This document shows, piece after piece, positions 13,291-25,947 of a stretch of 64,000 bases of DNA. The notes beneath the pieces are model-generated. The model ran no database searches. It had not been told where the DNA came from and worked only from the letters and a program-made list of their open reading frames with translations. This stretch comes from Octopus vulgaris. Its lineage: Eukaryota. The stretch covers positions 53,258,001 to 53,322,000 of the forward strand of contig OX597814.1 of assembly GCA_951406725.2 (NCBI GenBank), in the 5' to 3' direction. The translations under genes were made by a program, and so were the position numbers. Position 1 is the stretch's first letter. The number at the start of each line of letters is the position of its first letter.

Positions 13291-14177
13291 ACCATCTTAT
13301 GTGCTACCATCTGAATACCTCCCGAATCCCTGTGGTTAACATTTAACATATTCCATTAGTTAAAGGAAAGTGTAGAATCGAATTTTATAATCAACGTTAG
13401 CACAGAACTGAATTACCTTCTAGAACATTCAATTTATATTACTGATGACGATTGATTGGAGTTTATTTATTGTATTTTTATCAATCTTCTTGTGTTAAAG
13501 TTAGCAATTCAGATTCAGCACAAAAATAGTGGAGAAAAAAATTACACTATAATTATGTTTAGTTAGATTGTTGATGGAATTTACAGTCGGAAAAATCCAT
13601 AGAAATGAAGGTTTGTCGACTTCTAATTAATTCCTATAAGAGAATGGCAGCGGTAGCAGAAGGAACAATAAATAACATTAATCAGCACACCATATCTAGC
13701 TAAGAAGTGTTGGATTTCGATTAAGCATTTGCTGTGTTATATATTCTATTACTATTCAATTTTTCTACAAACAATCCTTTAGATTATAATACATTAGAAA
13801 CAGTCACTACGTGCTTGCTCAACCTACTACAAAATACAAGCTAATTTCTGTAAATTACATCCTTCTGTCTTGAAAAGGAGCGACACATTTGATAATATAT
13901 ATCTTTTACCTTTTACTTCTTTCAGTCATTAGACTGCGGCCATGCTGGGGCACCTCCGTGACAATGTTTCCAAATTTAGAAATGTGACGCATTTGTTATG
14001 ATTTGCAGGCATTTGCTCGTGGATCAAGCTATTTAGGGTTAAACAGCAACAGTAATATTTACAATGTTATACACCATAGCTGAAGATTAAAAGCATTGGG
14101 TATTTCGCAAAATAGTAATTCTGTCAAATTTTAATTCAGTCGATCAGCAAAACGATTACTTTTTAACGATAAAATAT

Positions 14178-14950
14178 ATGAAGTCTGACAAAAAAATAAC
14201 CCGTACTTTTGAAACGGCGCATTAGCCAGCCGGCGCATCGTGCTCTTGACTGCATATGGCTGACATCGAACTTAAGTTTAATAATATCCACATGACACCA
14301 CACCAGTTAGTCATCATACTACACTGCGAGAGTAAACCTATAATAATGTACCTGATGACTTGTCACAAGTTGAGCAACAAATGATTTAGAAAAGAAACGT
14401 GTTTCTGAAAAATTGTGTTACAAATTGGGAAAACCTTTTACAGACACTTTTTTAATATTGCAATCGGTCGCTGGGGGAAATCGTCTGAGCCATGATGTAA
14501 CTCGTAGCCTAAGTGTTTCAAATCAGGAAGAACAACCTTTGAAGATTATCCCAAATGTGCACGACTCTTCCCAATAACGAACAACACTCACAGTGTGAAA
14601 GTCTGTCGTAATTTCTGTAAATCATTGCTTAACTAATTATGAAGTTTGTAGCTTCTGATAGTGTCAGCTCGGTGTCGTGGTGTAGCATGCAGATTTTGTT
14701 TATACATGATTCGTAATGCTTTTCTCAAATTCATGCGGACATCCAAATAAAATTCTTTATCAATCATCTGACCTCACGGAACAAAATCTTGATGAACAAC
14801 ACTTTTGCAGTCATAGAAAAGGCGATCGAGCGACTCTAACTTGCTCTTTTTGGGGGAGCAACGACTACCTTTTTGTTGCAGTATCGTAACCTACACCCAC
14901 ATCTTATCTGCTATGACTGATTATAGAGAATTTTCATCACCGTTAGAATG
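14178..14950. mobile_element. Rearranged mariner remnant (N-terminus on +, catalytic region on -)
   Basis: + strand ~14382: MNDLEKKRVSEKLCYKLGKPFTDTF-like HTH start. - strand ~14930-14660: VGYDTATK...LFYDCKSVVHQDFVP*GQMIDKEFYLDV, the mariner DDD region. Confidence 0.65.
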
Positions 14951-15519
14951 ACTGACTGACAGGTGGTGACAGTCTGTGTCATATGAATTTTAAAATAACC
15001 TTTGAAGATGCATCGTACTGCTGTAAAATATGTGCTGCATTTGATAATATCAGTTTGGGATATAAATTACTGTTAACTGTTCCAAACCCAGAAGATTTGC
15101 TCGCCAGAAAAGGGCTGAAGAGAAAAATATTACATTTCGAAGATTCTCGGGAGAATATGCCAAACTTCAATTAAATACCGTTCGATAAATAAAGGAATGA
15201 ATACTAATTTTTAACCCCCCCTCTCTCTCTATATATATATATATACATACATACATACATACATACATACAGTAGTAATATAAGATATGGATTCAAAGAA
15301 TCATGCGGCTATTGCACTAAGCTCTTCCTATGGAATCGGTTATCAGTCCCCGTAGTAATCAACTACAAAGTAGTAAAGGGCCCATGTGACTGAAAATCAA
15401 GAAAATCCTGAAATGAAGAAGGGTTACCCTACATGAAGAAGGGTTACGAAACTGGCGTAATCGTATGGAAGTCGTATGGATAAATATATCTATCTTCTCT
15501 GACATTTCTTGACTTTACG

Positions 15520-15561
<42 letters not shown>

Positions 15562-15630
15562 TCGGTTAAAATGGCTAATTGATGTGTTTCTCTTTTTTCC
15601 CTGCCGAGATGTTTACATTGCTTTACATCA

Positions 15631-15687
15631 TTTTATTCCCTCAGGAATGATACCATTATTTTCTTCGAACATATGTCGGAAGTAAAA
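15631..15687 (+). ncRNA. Degenerate type I hammerhead ribozyme relic in a microsatellite-embedded insert
   Basis: ttttattcc-CTCAGGA-...-GAA-CATATG-TC-ggaagtaaaa. Stem I arms are complementary with one bulge, stem III is palindromic and the site is GUC. The core is mutated (G5 to C, one A missing). Confidence 0.45.
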
Positions 15688-15747
15688 GATTTGAATAACA
15701 CCTACCTTTAACTCCATTTCTTAATTTATATATATACATATACATAC

Positions 15748-15778
<31 letters not shown>

Positions 15779-15960
15779 TGTATGTATGTATGTATGTATG
15801 TATGTATGTATGTATGTATATATGTATGTATGTATATATGTATGTATGTATGTATGTGTCGAGTATAACCTTTCTTTCAAACTGTGTCTGAGTGTCTTAA
15901 AGTACAATAATATTGATTTCGTGTCGTGAAGAAGTAGATAGTTTCGATTTTATTCTTTTA

Positions 15961-16166
15961 TTCTTTTACTTGTTTCAGTCATTTGACTGCGGCCATGCTG
16001 GAGCATCGCCTTTAGTCGAATCAAATCGACCCCAGGACTTATTCTTTGTAAGCCTAGTACTTATTCTACCGGCCTCTTTAGCCAAACCGCTAAGTTACGG
16101 GGACATAAACACACCAGCATCGGTTATCAAGCGATTTTTGTGGGGGGGGACAAACACAGATACACA

Positions 16167-16217
<51 letters not shown>

Positions 16218-16393
16218 TATATATATATATATATACGACGGGCTTCTTTCAGTTTCCGTTTACCAAATCCACTCACAAGGCTTTGATCGGCCCGAGGCTA
16301 TAGTAGAAGACACTTGCCCATGGTGCCACGCAGTGGGACTGAACCCGGAACCATGTGGTTGGTAAGCAAGCTACTTACCACACAGCCATTCCT
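15961..16393 (-). mobile_element. tRNA-derived CORE-like SINE, family B, with internal (CA)n(TA)n
   Basis: - strand head TGGCTGTGTGGTAAG...GGTTCAGTCCC, followed by CATGGGCAAGTGTCTT (CORE-like); many copies in the window. ORF 15913-16365 is only its antisense reading. Confidence 0.85.
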
Positions 16394-16726
16394 GTTGTAG
16401 CCACTTTACATTTCATACATTGTTAATACTCATGGGAAAGAGTGTGAAAATCACACTTCCCAATAAGCTGCTACGTGAGATTATATTGCTAAGTGGATTG
16501 GTTGTCTCAAGTACCTTATATCATGGTTGCGTATTCCAGAAATTTATTCCAAACTCAGAGATAATTTGAAAGAAATGTTTTTAAGATTAATTTTTTAATG
16601 GACTGAGATTTTTAGTGAAATGAAGCACGCTAAGATAAGGAAGTACGTAGACAAAACTGAATTCGGAGACATAATCAGGGTGTAACAATTGCTGACTTTC
16701 TCATTTGATATATATATATTACAAAT

Positions 16727-17373
16727 AAGGCGACGAACTGACAGAAACTTCAGCACGTCGGGTGAAATGCTTAGCCGTTTTACGTCTGTCTTTGTTCTGA
16801 GTTCAAATTCCTCCGGGGTCGACTTTGCCTTTCATCCTTTCGGGGTCGATACATAAAGTACCAGTTGCGTACTGCAGTCGATCTAATCGAATGGCCCCCT
16901 CACCCAAAATTTCGGACCATGTGTCTAGAGTAGAAATGAATTAGGCGGCAAGCTCGCAGAATCGTTAGCACGTCGGGTATTCCGTTCATATTTACGTCCT
17001 GAGTTCAAATTCCACTGAGGTTGACTTAGCCTTTCATCCGTTCGGAATGGATAAAATAAGTACCAGTTAAGCACTGGGGTCGATTTAATCAACTTAGCTC
17101 TTCCCCCAAAACTTTTAACCTTGTACCAAAATTTGAAACCAATATATATCTTACAAATAAGTCGGAGAGTTCACAGAAACTTTAGCACAGAGGGCAAAGT
17201 GCTTAACGCATTTCGTCCGCCATTGCGTCAAGAGTTCAAATTCCATCGAGGTCGACTTTGCATTCCATCATTTCGGGGTCAATAAAATAGGTACCAGTTG
17301 AGCACTGGGGTCGAAGTAATAGACTTGCTCCCACTCCCGAAATTGCCAGCCTTGTGACAAAATTTGAAAACAA
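16727..17373 (+). mobile_element. Three head-to-tail SINE family A copies
   Basis: Heads at about 16727, 16943 and 17159, each with gagttcaaattcc and the tcatcc...gataaa...gtaccagtt core. Confidence 0.85.
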
Positions 17374-17879
17374 TATATATTACAAATACTAACGAATACA
17401 TGCATCTGCGTTAAAAAATATACGAAAAAACCGCATGTTTTTATGAATGATATCTGCCAATGAAATGACTTGCTACAAAATAATTCCAAAATACACATAG
17501 AGACTTACATGCACGCATAGCCACAACGTCGTAAGGTAGATATATTTACATTTAACCATTTGGACAGAAAGTTGACGTTAAACAACTTAGCCAAACTAAA
17601 TATGAAGCATGATAAGTTTATAACATGAGCGAAAGTTGTTGCTAATAGTGTTTTGATCGATGTAGTCTCGATCGAGAAGACCACATAAACAGACGGAGAT
17701 TGACACTTTCACACAAACACAGAAAGACTATTATTTTACCATGGTTAACTCGGTTACAGACATTAATTTTTAATTAATGTATTGCATAACATAATACCAG
17801 ATGAACACACACACACACACACATATTCACATTCACATTCACACACACTCATATCTACAAGCATTTATATGTAGATAGG

Positions 17880-17990
17880 TGCAGAGATCACTGTGTGGTT
17901 AAGAACTTCGCTTTGTAATCACGCGGTTTAGGGTTCAGTCCAACTGCGCGGCACATTAGAAAAGCATCTTTTATTTTAACCCCACCGAGA
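17880..17990 (+). mobile_element. SINE family B head fragment
   Basis: ctgtgtggttaagaacttcgct...gggttcagtccaactgcgcggcac. Confidence 0.6.
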
Positions 17991-18000
17991 TGACCAACAA

Positions 18001-18092
18001 TATATATATGTGTGTGTGTGTGTATGTGTGTGTGTGTGTGTGCGTGTGTGTGTATATATATGTATATATGTGTATATTTATATATATATATG

Positions 18093-18123
<31 letters not shown>

Positions 18124-18133
18124 TATATATATG

Positions 18134-18200
<67 letters not shown>

Positions 18201-18230
18201 CGAGGTAGATAGATAGATAGATAGATAGAT
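18001..18230. repeat. Compound (TG)n(TA)n(GATA)n microsatellite
   Basis: Direct reading; it accounts for the YI/CV ORFs here. Confidence 0.95.
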
Positions 18231-18430
18231 TATGGAGTTTGATATAGTCTGTATGGCACACCGGGTATGTTTATACGACTATAAACAAATCTCAGACCTT
18301 TACTGCCATAATACTAACGAAGTTGAGTTAGAGAACACAAATAAATAAATAAATAAATAAATAAATAAATAGATAAATGAATAAATAAATAAATAAATAA
18401 ATAATGGAAACTATCAACATTGTTCAAAAC

Positions 18431-18688
18431 ATTTAATGCCTTTTGGAAGGTCCTGGATCAAATCGAAATCTCTGCGGTCTTCTATGACGAAGTTTCTTCT
18501 TGCGGCAGTTGTTTTGGGGTAAATTTTTTCTATCTGAAGTTTTGTTTTTTAGGAACTTTCAGAGCAGGCTTTAGAGGTACGCTGTTCGGTGGCTTACTTT
18601 GGACTTTCGGTTTTGCTACAACTAGACGATGTTTCGATTCTTTTCTTCTGGCTCTTTTCTTAGAGGCATGATTCTTGCGAGGTACCAT
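18431..18688 (-). pseudogene. Possible decayed histone H3-variant-like fragment
   Basis: MVPRKNHASKKRARRKESKHRLVVAKPKVQSKPPNSVPLKPALKVPKKQNFR*KKFTPKQLPQEETSS*KTAEISI*SRTFQKAL: a basic tail followed by a weak match to H3 [30 protein letters not shown]. Confidence 0.3.
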
Positions 18689-18723
18689 TGTTATTGTTGC
18701 AATTATTATTATTATTATTATTA

Positions 18724-18770
<47 letters not shown>

Positions 18771-18984
18771 TGAAACTACGAACTTCAAAGCATTTAGCTT
18801 TCACTTTGTTTATCAAATGTAACAAGTTTCTCGGCGAGCAGAACATTATGATGTCATAATGAACATAACTGCCACAATGGTGGAAGGCAAAAACTATTGC
18901 TCTCTCAACGTATGCAGAAATGTAAGTTATGATTTTCTTTTAGGATGGAGTGAATACAAAAAAAAAACAATATGATAATTCATC

Positions 18985-19271
18985 TTTTATCTTTTATTTG
19001 TTTCTGTCATTTAATAGCGTACATGCTGGGGTGTCACCTTAAAGGATTTTTGGTCGAACAAATCACCCTTAGTACTTACTTTTATTCTATCTTTTGCTGA
19101 ACAGCTATGTTACGGGAACGTAAACAAGCCAGCATCAGTTGTCAGATGGTACTGGGGGTGGGGGGGTCAAACACAGACACACACAAACACAGACACACAC
19201 ACACAGACATACAGACACACACAGGCATACACAGACAGAGACACAGATACACATGGACACACACACACAGA

Positions 19272-19331
<60 letters not shown>

Positions 19332-19495
19332 CATACATACATATATGTATATATGTATGCACACTCACGAAGGGTTTCTACATGATTTTCTCCTACCAAA
19401 TTCACTCACAAGATATTTTTCGGCCCAAAATGTCGTGCAGTATGATTGAATCAGGAACCATCTGATTGAAATGTGCTTCTTAATCACACAGCTAT
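18985..19495 (-). mobile_element. SINE family B, diverged, with expanded internal microsatellite
   Basis: Collinear with 15961-16393. Confidence 0.75.
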
Positions 19496-19774
19496 ACATG
19501 TTCTGGATGTTGAAATGATGTTGACGGTTAAAGCAAAATATGAATGAATGTATTTCAGAAACAATGAATAAGCGTAACTTCTAGGCTTCAAGAAGGCATT
19601 TTAACAAAAACTTGTAAGTCAGACTCTTTGTAGTTCTTTTGTTGTAATCACACAGGAAATATGCGAGCCAAAATGGAGAACATTTTGTCGCTCAATATGC
19701 TAGAAATAGCAGCCAAATCTCTCTCAACCACACTTTACAGTCTTCGACTCATATTTCTGTGCTTTTTCATACTA

Positions 19775-19856
19775 TAAGTCGATGTAATCGACTTAATCCC
19801 TTTGTCTGTCCTTGTTTGTCCCCCCTATGTTTAGCCCCTTGTGGGCAATAAAGAAA
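19775..19856 (+). mobile_element. SINE family A 3' tail fragment
   Basis: gtcgatgtaatcgacttaatccctttgtctgtcc...cccttgtgggcaataaagaaat is the reverse complement of ~9782-9860. Confidence 0.85.
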
Positions 19857-20075
19857 TATATATATATATATTTATATTTATATACATATGTATATATGGC
19901 GATGGGTTGTGTGCATATCTGTGTGTGTGTGTGTGTGTGTGAAATAAAAATGGAGGCACAGAACAGTGACAAAGGAGTTCACCGGATAAGAGAAATCTCA
20001 CACAACGGACGCAAAAATTGTCGATTAAATATCATAATATTGAACACAGTTACACAGATGCGCGCGCGGTAATGT

Positions 20076-20117
<42 letters not shown>

Positions 20118-20119
20118 AC

Positions 20120-20159
<40 letters not shown>

Positions 20160-20614
20160 ACATATCCGCACGTGCATATCCATTTTATCTAACGAAGTGT
20201 TATCTAAGCCGGACTTGTCACATAAAAAAAAGCAGTTCCACTAACTTTAATTGAACCATGCATATCTTCATTGCCAAGGAATATGTTCATGTATGTACCT
20301 GATGCATTATTACGAATTACAATAAATCATTTGATCTTTTTTTTTTTTTTGCTCAGAAATTTTAATTAACGAACATGCAACCCCACTGAGTTCAGTAGGC
20401 GGAGGAACGTCTATGTAAAGGCCATGCAATTCCCAGAAGCACCGGTGGAGTAAGTGAGATAGTTATGAAACAAACTGGAATCGTGGATTTATTTAAGCTT
20501 AATGTACTACGAGCTCTTCACACTCACTGACACAGACACACGCACACACACACACACATGTACGTACGCTGGCATGGACATATACTCTGTCGAACAAAGA
20601 AACACGTGCACATA

Positions 20615-20960
20615 CACAAAAAGAATATGTGCAGTCATAAAGGTCTATTGCCCTGCAGATGTGAACATTTGTTCCGAAATCAATAAAAAAATAAAAGTAA
20701 AATGAAAATATTTATGGACAACTGCTTTGAAAACGTACAGCAGCTCTGTCTTGATTATATATTCACATTTATACCAATAATCATTGGTGCACTTGGTTGT
20801 GTTAGCAAATGTCTAACAATCTGGAAAAAGACAAGCATTTGCATGAAAAAAAAAAAAACGACCAGCTCACATCTAACTAAGCAAAAAGGAAAAAAGAAAC
20901 AACCAAACAGATTAACACGGTATAGAGTGAATATCTGTAAAACATTCCAGATATTTTTCG
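20615..20960 (+). mobile_element. R4/Dong-like LINE C-terminal remnant
   Basis: ICAVIKVYCPADVNI...ENIYGQLL...DYIFTFIPIIIGALGCVSKCL. Confidence 0.7.
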
Positions 20961-21169
20961 ATAATGAACATATTCACAACAATCAGTGATGCACATATTT
21001 AGTGACCAAAAACGCACTTCTCAGACTTGTACTCGTTGCATGATTGCAAATATACATCTACGTGTCACCTACACGCAGGGCGTTTAGGTAAAATTTAACA
21101 GTTTCCACAAAACACAAAGAAAATACAGTATCCAATCCAAAAATAAGAATAATTAAAAATCTCAAAAAA

Positions 21170-21560
21170 TATCAACTTAGTTATGGCTGGAAGATAACAG
21201 TTTATTCAAACTGGCTGCCCTCAGCTTCCACCACAGACTCAAGACGGCTCCGAAACCTGGCGCATTCATTCCTCAGTGTTCCTGGTAAGATCTTCCAACG
21301 CCCTCTTGGTCTTAGCAACCGGCTCGGCCTTGATGTTGCAAGCAGAGCCGTTGGTGTCTTTATCATTCGCGTCCCACACATAATAATATATAGGGTTATA
21401 ATCGGGCGAATTAGGAAGCCAGAAATTTTGATGGCACAGAGCTGGATCCTGCTGACACAGATTCGGTCTTCCAGCAGCAACCATCTCCAGCCAAGTTTTT
21501 ACTACAGTTTCCAGTAGCTTCATATAGTCGTCTGAAATGTGTCTAAGGCTTGTTCAAGAA
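21170..21560 (-). mobile_element. Tc1/mariner (maT/DD37D-like) transposase 3' remnant
   Basis: QQDPALCH...FWLPNSPDYNPIYYYVW...CARFRSRLESVVEAEGSQFE across ORFs 21266-21523 and 21202-21480. Confidence 0.8.
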
Positions 21561-21824
21561 TGTATTTTTGAACTCCGACCCTGTTCAATGAAATGGTGAA
21601 CTCTGGCATGCGAAGTTTCTAAATAGATTTCAAAGAATTGTATTACAATGTTGTTGTTTAGGCTAGGTCAGCATTAACTGAGTATACCCAAGACCAAACA
21701 CATTCACGACAATCATATCTTTTTAGTGGCATTCAGGATTGCATTATTTAACTTGTTCTTTCCATTCTTAAGACACCATACTGTGGTTTGAGAGATATGA
21801 TCACATTTTTTAACTATAGGCATA

Positions 21825-22719
21825 CGTGGTATGATCAATAAGTCTCCGGACTGTTACCATAGTAACGAAGGTAAAGTATGCAGAGTAAAGCCACTTGACA
21901 CAGATTGATCCTAAACTCTGCTGTGCATGCGCACTAAGTGTTAACGTTGTAGTTCACTTCCGATGTTTACAGCAGTACTTGGAAGTGACTTGTGTAGCGC
22001 GTGTTCGTCGCATTGACCATGACACAGAAAGATGAGCAGGGAATCTGCATCAAATTTTGCCAAGAGTTTGGCGATACCTGCTCAGAGACCTAAGCAAAGT
22101 TTTCAAAAAGTTTTCATCGTTCTCGATACAATTAAAGATATCTTCTGCACCTGAACCCGAGTGTCTTCTTGATCAGCTGAAAGCAGTTTCGACACAAGCT
22201 TGGCAGACACGCGTCTCATACCCAAATCTTCAGTGATAATGGACTGAACTGAACCGTAACTAATTTGCACATCCTCTGATGACTCACGGATGGTGATTCA
22301 ACGATTTCCCCTCACAGCTGCACGCACATCTGCAATGTTTTTTCTCAGTTCTGCTGGTTGCGGCTCTCCCAGATCGTTCGTCAAAATCGATATTTTTTCA
22401 GCCATTTTGGAAACATCTGAATCACTTATTCACTTGTGTGCGGTTCCTACACTTCTATTCATACACTTTCTGCAACTTTGCGTAGGCCTCTGAGCAGGTA
22501 TCTGCATGACTGCTTTCTCTGTCATGGTCAATTCCACGATCACACGCTACATACCTTCCTTCCAAGCGCTGTTGTAAACATCAGAAGTGAGCTAGTACGT
22601 TAAAACTTAGTGCGCATGCACATCAGCATTCAAGGTCAATCTTTGCCAAGCGGCTTCACTCGGCGTGCTTTTGTTCATTACTATGGCAACAGTCCGGATA
22701 CTTACTTGATCAGACCTCG
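21825..22719. mobile_element. Fold-back mariner derivative with two 5' ends (~270-bp imperfect inverted arms, TA flanks)
   Basis: TA|cgtggtatgatcaataagtctccggactgttaccatagtaa...ttactatggcaacagtccggatacttacttgatcagacctcg|TA. The + strand encodes MTQKDEQGICIKFCQEFGDTCSET; the - strand has a longer N-terminal remnant reaching EDLGMRRVSAKLVSKLL. Confidence 0.85.
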
Positions 22720-22739
22720 TACATACATGTTCAACCGTT

Positions 22740-23458
22740 GAACTCTGCCCATTTTCTTCTGTTTCTCCATTTTTCATTTTCAACCCCATCTTCTCTTCAC
22801 CTGACTCCCCTCCTCACCTCTTTTCATCTGACACCTACTTCCTCTCTTCTCTCCTACCCACCTTCTCTCTTCATTGATACCCCCTCCACCCACATCCACA
22901 TACCCCACCCCTATCCCTACACCTCCACCCCACTTCTACATATCCCACTCCTAACCCCACACCTCACCTACACCACACACCACTATAGTACCACTCTACA
23001 TTACACCACCCCACACACTAGCACTGACCACTTCCCAACACCACACCATACACCATCATCCACACACCCACATACCATCATCCACACACCCACACATTAC
23101 AGACGAACACACCCTCACATGCACACATCTATACACGTCGAAGGTACTAGCCCATATTCACACATTCACGCATACACATTTTCATATACACATACGCACG
23201 CGCACCTTCATTTTGGGATCGCCAATATTTTATTATCTCCCCTTCTTTCTACCTCTACTGTCAAACCTTTTTTTCCCAACCAGTTGCCATGCTAAATCCA
23301 CAAGTTTTTTTTATTCTTTCTCCATTTATTTTCTCTTATTCTGTTGAAGAGCGTAAGTTCGTAACGTAAAAGACTTTCTTATTTTCCCGAGCGTCAAATT
23401 CATACACCTGATTGCTGTTCATACACCTGTCTTCGTCTTTTGTTTTTCTGTAAATGTC

Positions 23459-23461
<3 letters not shown>
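22740..23461 (+). repeat. C/A-rich low-complexity tract followed by a probable Penelope-type terminal repeat ending at (TA)n
   Basis: ORF 22738-23295 is compositional (H/T/P). At 23341, gttgaagagcgtaagttcgtaacgtaaaagac is a weak hammerhead-like remnant. Confidence 0.35.
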
Positions 23462-23514
<53 letters not shown>

Positions 23515-23659
23515 GTATATATATATATATATATATCTATAATATCTATATATCTATATAATGGCCTTTTATATACTTCTTTATTTTTCAAAATTATGAT
23601 AAACAAAGCTGTTTTTTTTTTATTTAAATATATACTCCCCTTCATTTTCTACAATGCTC

Positions 23660-24324
23660 TTCCATCTACCTGCTAGACTTGCAAGGCTCCTCTTCCAAAA
23701 TTCACTTGTCTGTGACGAAACATACTCCTCCTGTTCTGACCTCGTCTACAGAATTCATATTTTTTACGTCCAAATGATTTTGAAGACTGCGGAATAAATG
23801 ATAATCAGATGGGGCAATGTCCGGCAAATATGGTGGGTGGGGAATCGTTTTCTATTGAAACTGCTCCAGTCTTTGGAATGCCATCCTCACTGTATGGCCG
23901 AGCATTATTTTAATAGAACACATTTCGTCTTGAAATCAAAGATAGTCGTTTTTCTTCTAGCGCCGACTTAAGCCGCTCAAGCAGTAGATCTCCTTTGTTA
24001 TCGTTTAGTTTGGGTTTAAAAGTTCAAAGAGGGCTAAACCTTTCATATCCGCCTAAACAGATAACAAAACCATACGTGGGTGAAGCCTTTATTAAACTCA
24101 TAAAGCAAAATATGCCGAATATACTCCTTTATCACTTCCATTATAGCTTTGAAAAAATAACTGTTAAAATCGAACTGCACTCTTTAAAACTTGCGCTAAG
24201 AATAAGGACAAGGTAAAACTACTACTTGCTTTTATAGCAAGTTGATGCAGGTAGTTTATCCCGCCTCCACTCCGACTTTTAGTTCATGGAACTGATAAAC
24301 CGCATTATTTATGGGATGACCCAA
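23660..24324 (-). mobile_element. Internally deleted mariner element
   Basis: - strand terminal inverted repeat (TIR)-like TA|TTGGGTCATCCCATAAATAATGCGGTTT. MEVIKEYIRHILLYEFNKG starts at 24141, and NNARP and IPHPPYLPDIAPSDYHLFRSLQNHL lie downstream. Confidence 0.85.
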
Positions 24325-24336
24325 TATATATATATG

Positions 24337-24388
<52 letters not shown>

Positions 24389-24651
24389 TATAATATATAT
24401 ATGTATATATACACACATATATTAATCAATCAATATAGGGTGGCAAAAAAAAATTTTGTAGAATTCTTCTGCCACCAGCGGCCTAGTAGGAAAAAATTAA
24501 ATAGTCATAAACCATTTTTACGTTCAACATCACAATCAAGGAACGGCCATAATAGGCCATTCACCCACTAGAAATAACAGCCAAAAGCTTTAACCGCAAA
24601 ATAACATTAATTCCGTAAACCAGGAGAAAATTGAAAAACTTTTACCCTGTA

Positions 24652-24758
24652 ATTTCTTAGACGATGCACCGTTTCATCTACCGTTTAATGGTAAACTAAC
24701 CTGATTAAATTAAATCAAGCCAATCCACCATAGGCCCTTAGACTCATCAGTAAGAAAT
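24652..24758 (-). ncRNA. Type I hammerhead ribozyme, copy 1
   Basis: AUUUCUUA-CUGAUGA-GUCUA...UAGAU-GAAA-CGGUGCAUCG-UC-UAAGAAAU; predicted cleavage 3' of the C at 24660. Confidence 0.88.
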
Positions 24759-25146
24759 AGCCAAGTCGGAACAGATATTTTTCACGAGGCATTCCTCTTG
24801 CTACCTCGGCAATATCTGACCTAAAATTTTCAAATCGTCGCACTCGCGCCAAATTTATCGGCAGCAAATAAATATAAGCCACCGATTCCATTACGGAACT
24901 AACCAGAAAATTCATAATTAATCAATCAATATAGGGTGGCAAAAAAAATTTTGTAGAATTCTTCTGCCACCAGCGGCCTAGTAGGAAAAAATTAAATAGT
25001 CATAAACCATTTTTACGTTCAACATCACAATCAAGGAACGGCCATAATAGGCCATTCACCCACTAGAAATAACAGCCAAAAGCTTTAACCGCAAAATAAC
25101 ATTAATTCCGTAAACCAGGAGAAAATTGAAAAACTTTTACCCTGTA

Positions 25147-25253
25147 ATTTCTTAGACGATGCACCGTTTCATCTACCGTTTAATGGTAAACTAACCTGAT
25201 TAAATTAAATCAAGCCAATCCACCATAGGCCCTTAGACTCATCAGTAAGAAAT
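25147..25253 (-). ncRNA. Type I hammerhead ribozyme, copy 2
   Basis: Same sequence as copy 1; cleavage C at 25155, 495 nt from copy 1. Confidence 0.88.
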
Positions 25254-25640
25254 AGCCAAGTCGGAACAGATATTTTTCACGAGGCATTCCTCTTGCTACC
25301 TCGGCAATATCTGACCTAAAATTTTCAAATCGTCGCACTCGCGCCAAATTTATCGGCAGCAAATAAATATAAGCCACCGATTCCATTACGGAACTAACCA
25401 GAAAATTCATAATTAATCAATCAATATAGGGTGGCAAAAAAATTTTGTAGAATTCTTCTGCCACCAGCGGCCTAGTATGAAAAAATTAAATAGTCATAAA
25501 CCATTTTTACGTTCAACATCACAATCAAGGAACGGCCATAATAGGCCATTCACCCACTAGAAATAACAGCCAAAAGCTTTAACCGCAAAATAACATTAAT
25601 TCCGTAAACCAGGAGAAAATTGAAAAACTTTTACCCTGTA

Positions 25641-25747
25641 ATTTCTTAGACGATGCACCGTTTCATCTACCGTTTAATGGTAAACTAACCTGATTAAATT
25701 AAATCAAGCCAATCCACCATAGGCCCTTAGACTCATCAGTAAGAAAT
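25641..25747 (-). ncRNA. Type I hammerhead ribozyme, copy 3
   Basis: Same sequence; cleavage C at 25649, 494 nt from copy 2. Confidence 0.88.
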
Positions 25748-25947
25748 AGCCAAGTCGGAACAGATATTTTTCACGAGGCATTCCTCTTGCTACCTCGGCA
25801 ATATCTGACCTAAAATTTTCAAATCGTCGCACTCGCGCCAAATTTATCGGCAGCAAATAAATATACGACGATTTGAAAATTTTAGGTCAGATATTGCCGA
25901 AGTAGCAAGAGGAATGCCTCGTGAAAAATATCTGTTCCGACTTGGCT

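Noticed and set aside
22738-23295. 185-aa His/Thr/Pro-rich ORF
   Set aside because: Low-complexity C/A-rich DNA with a non-ATG start and no domain or splice support
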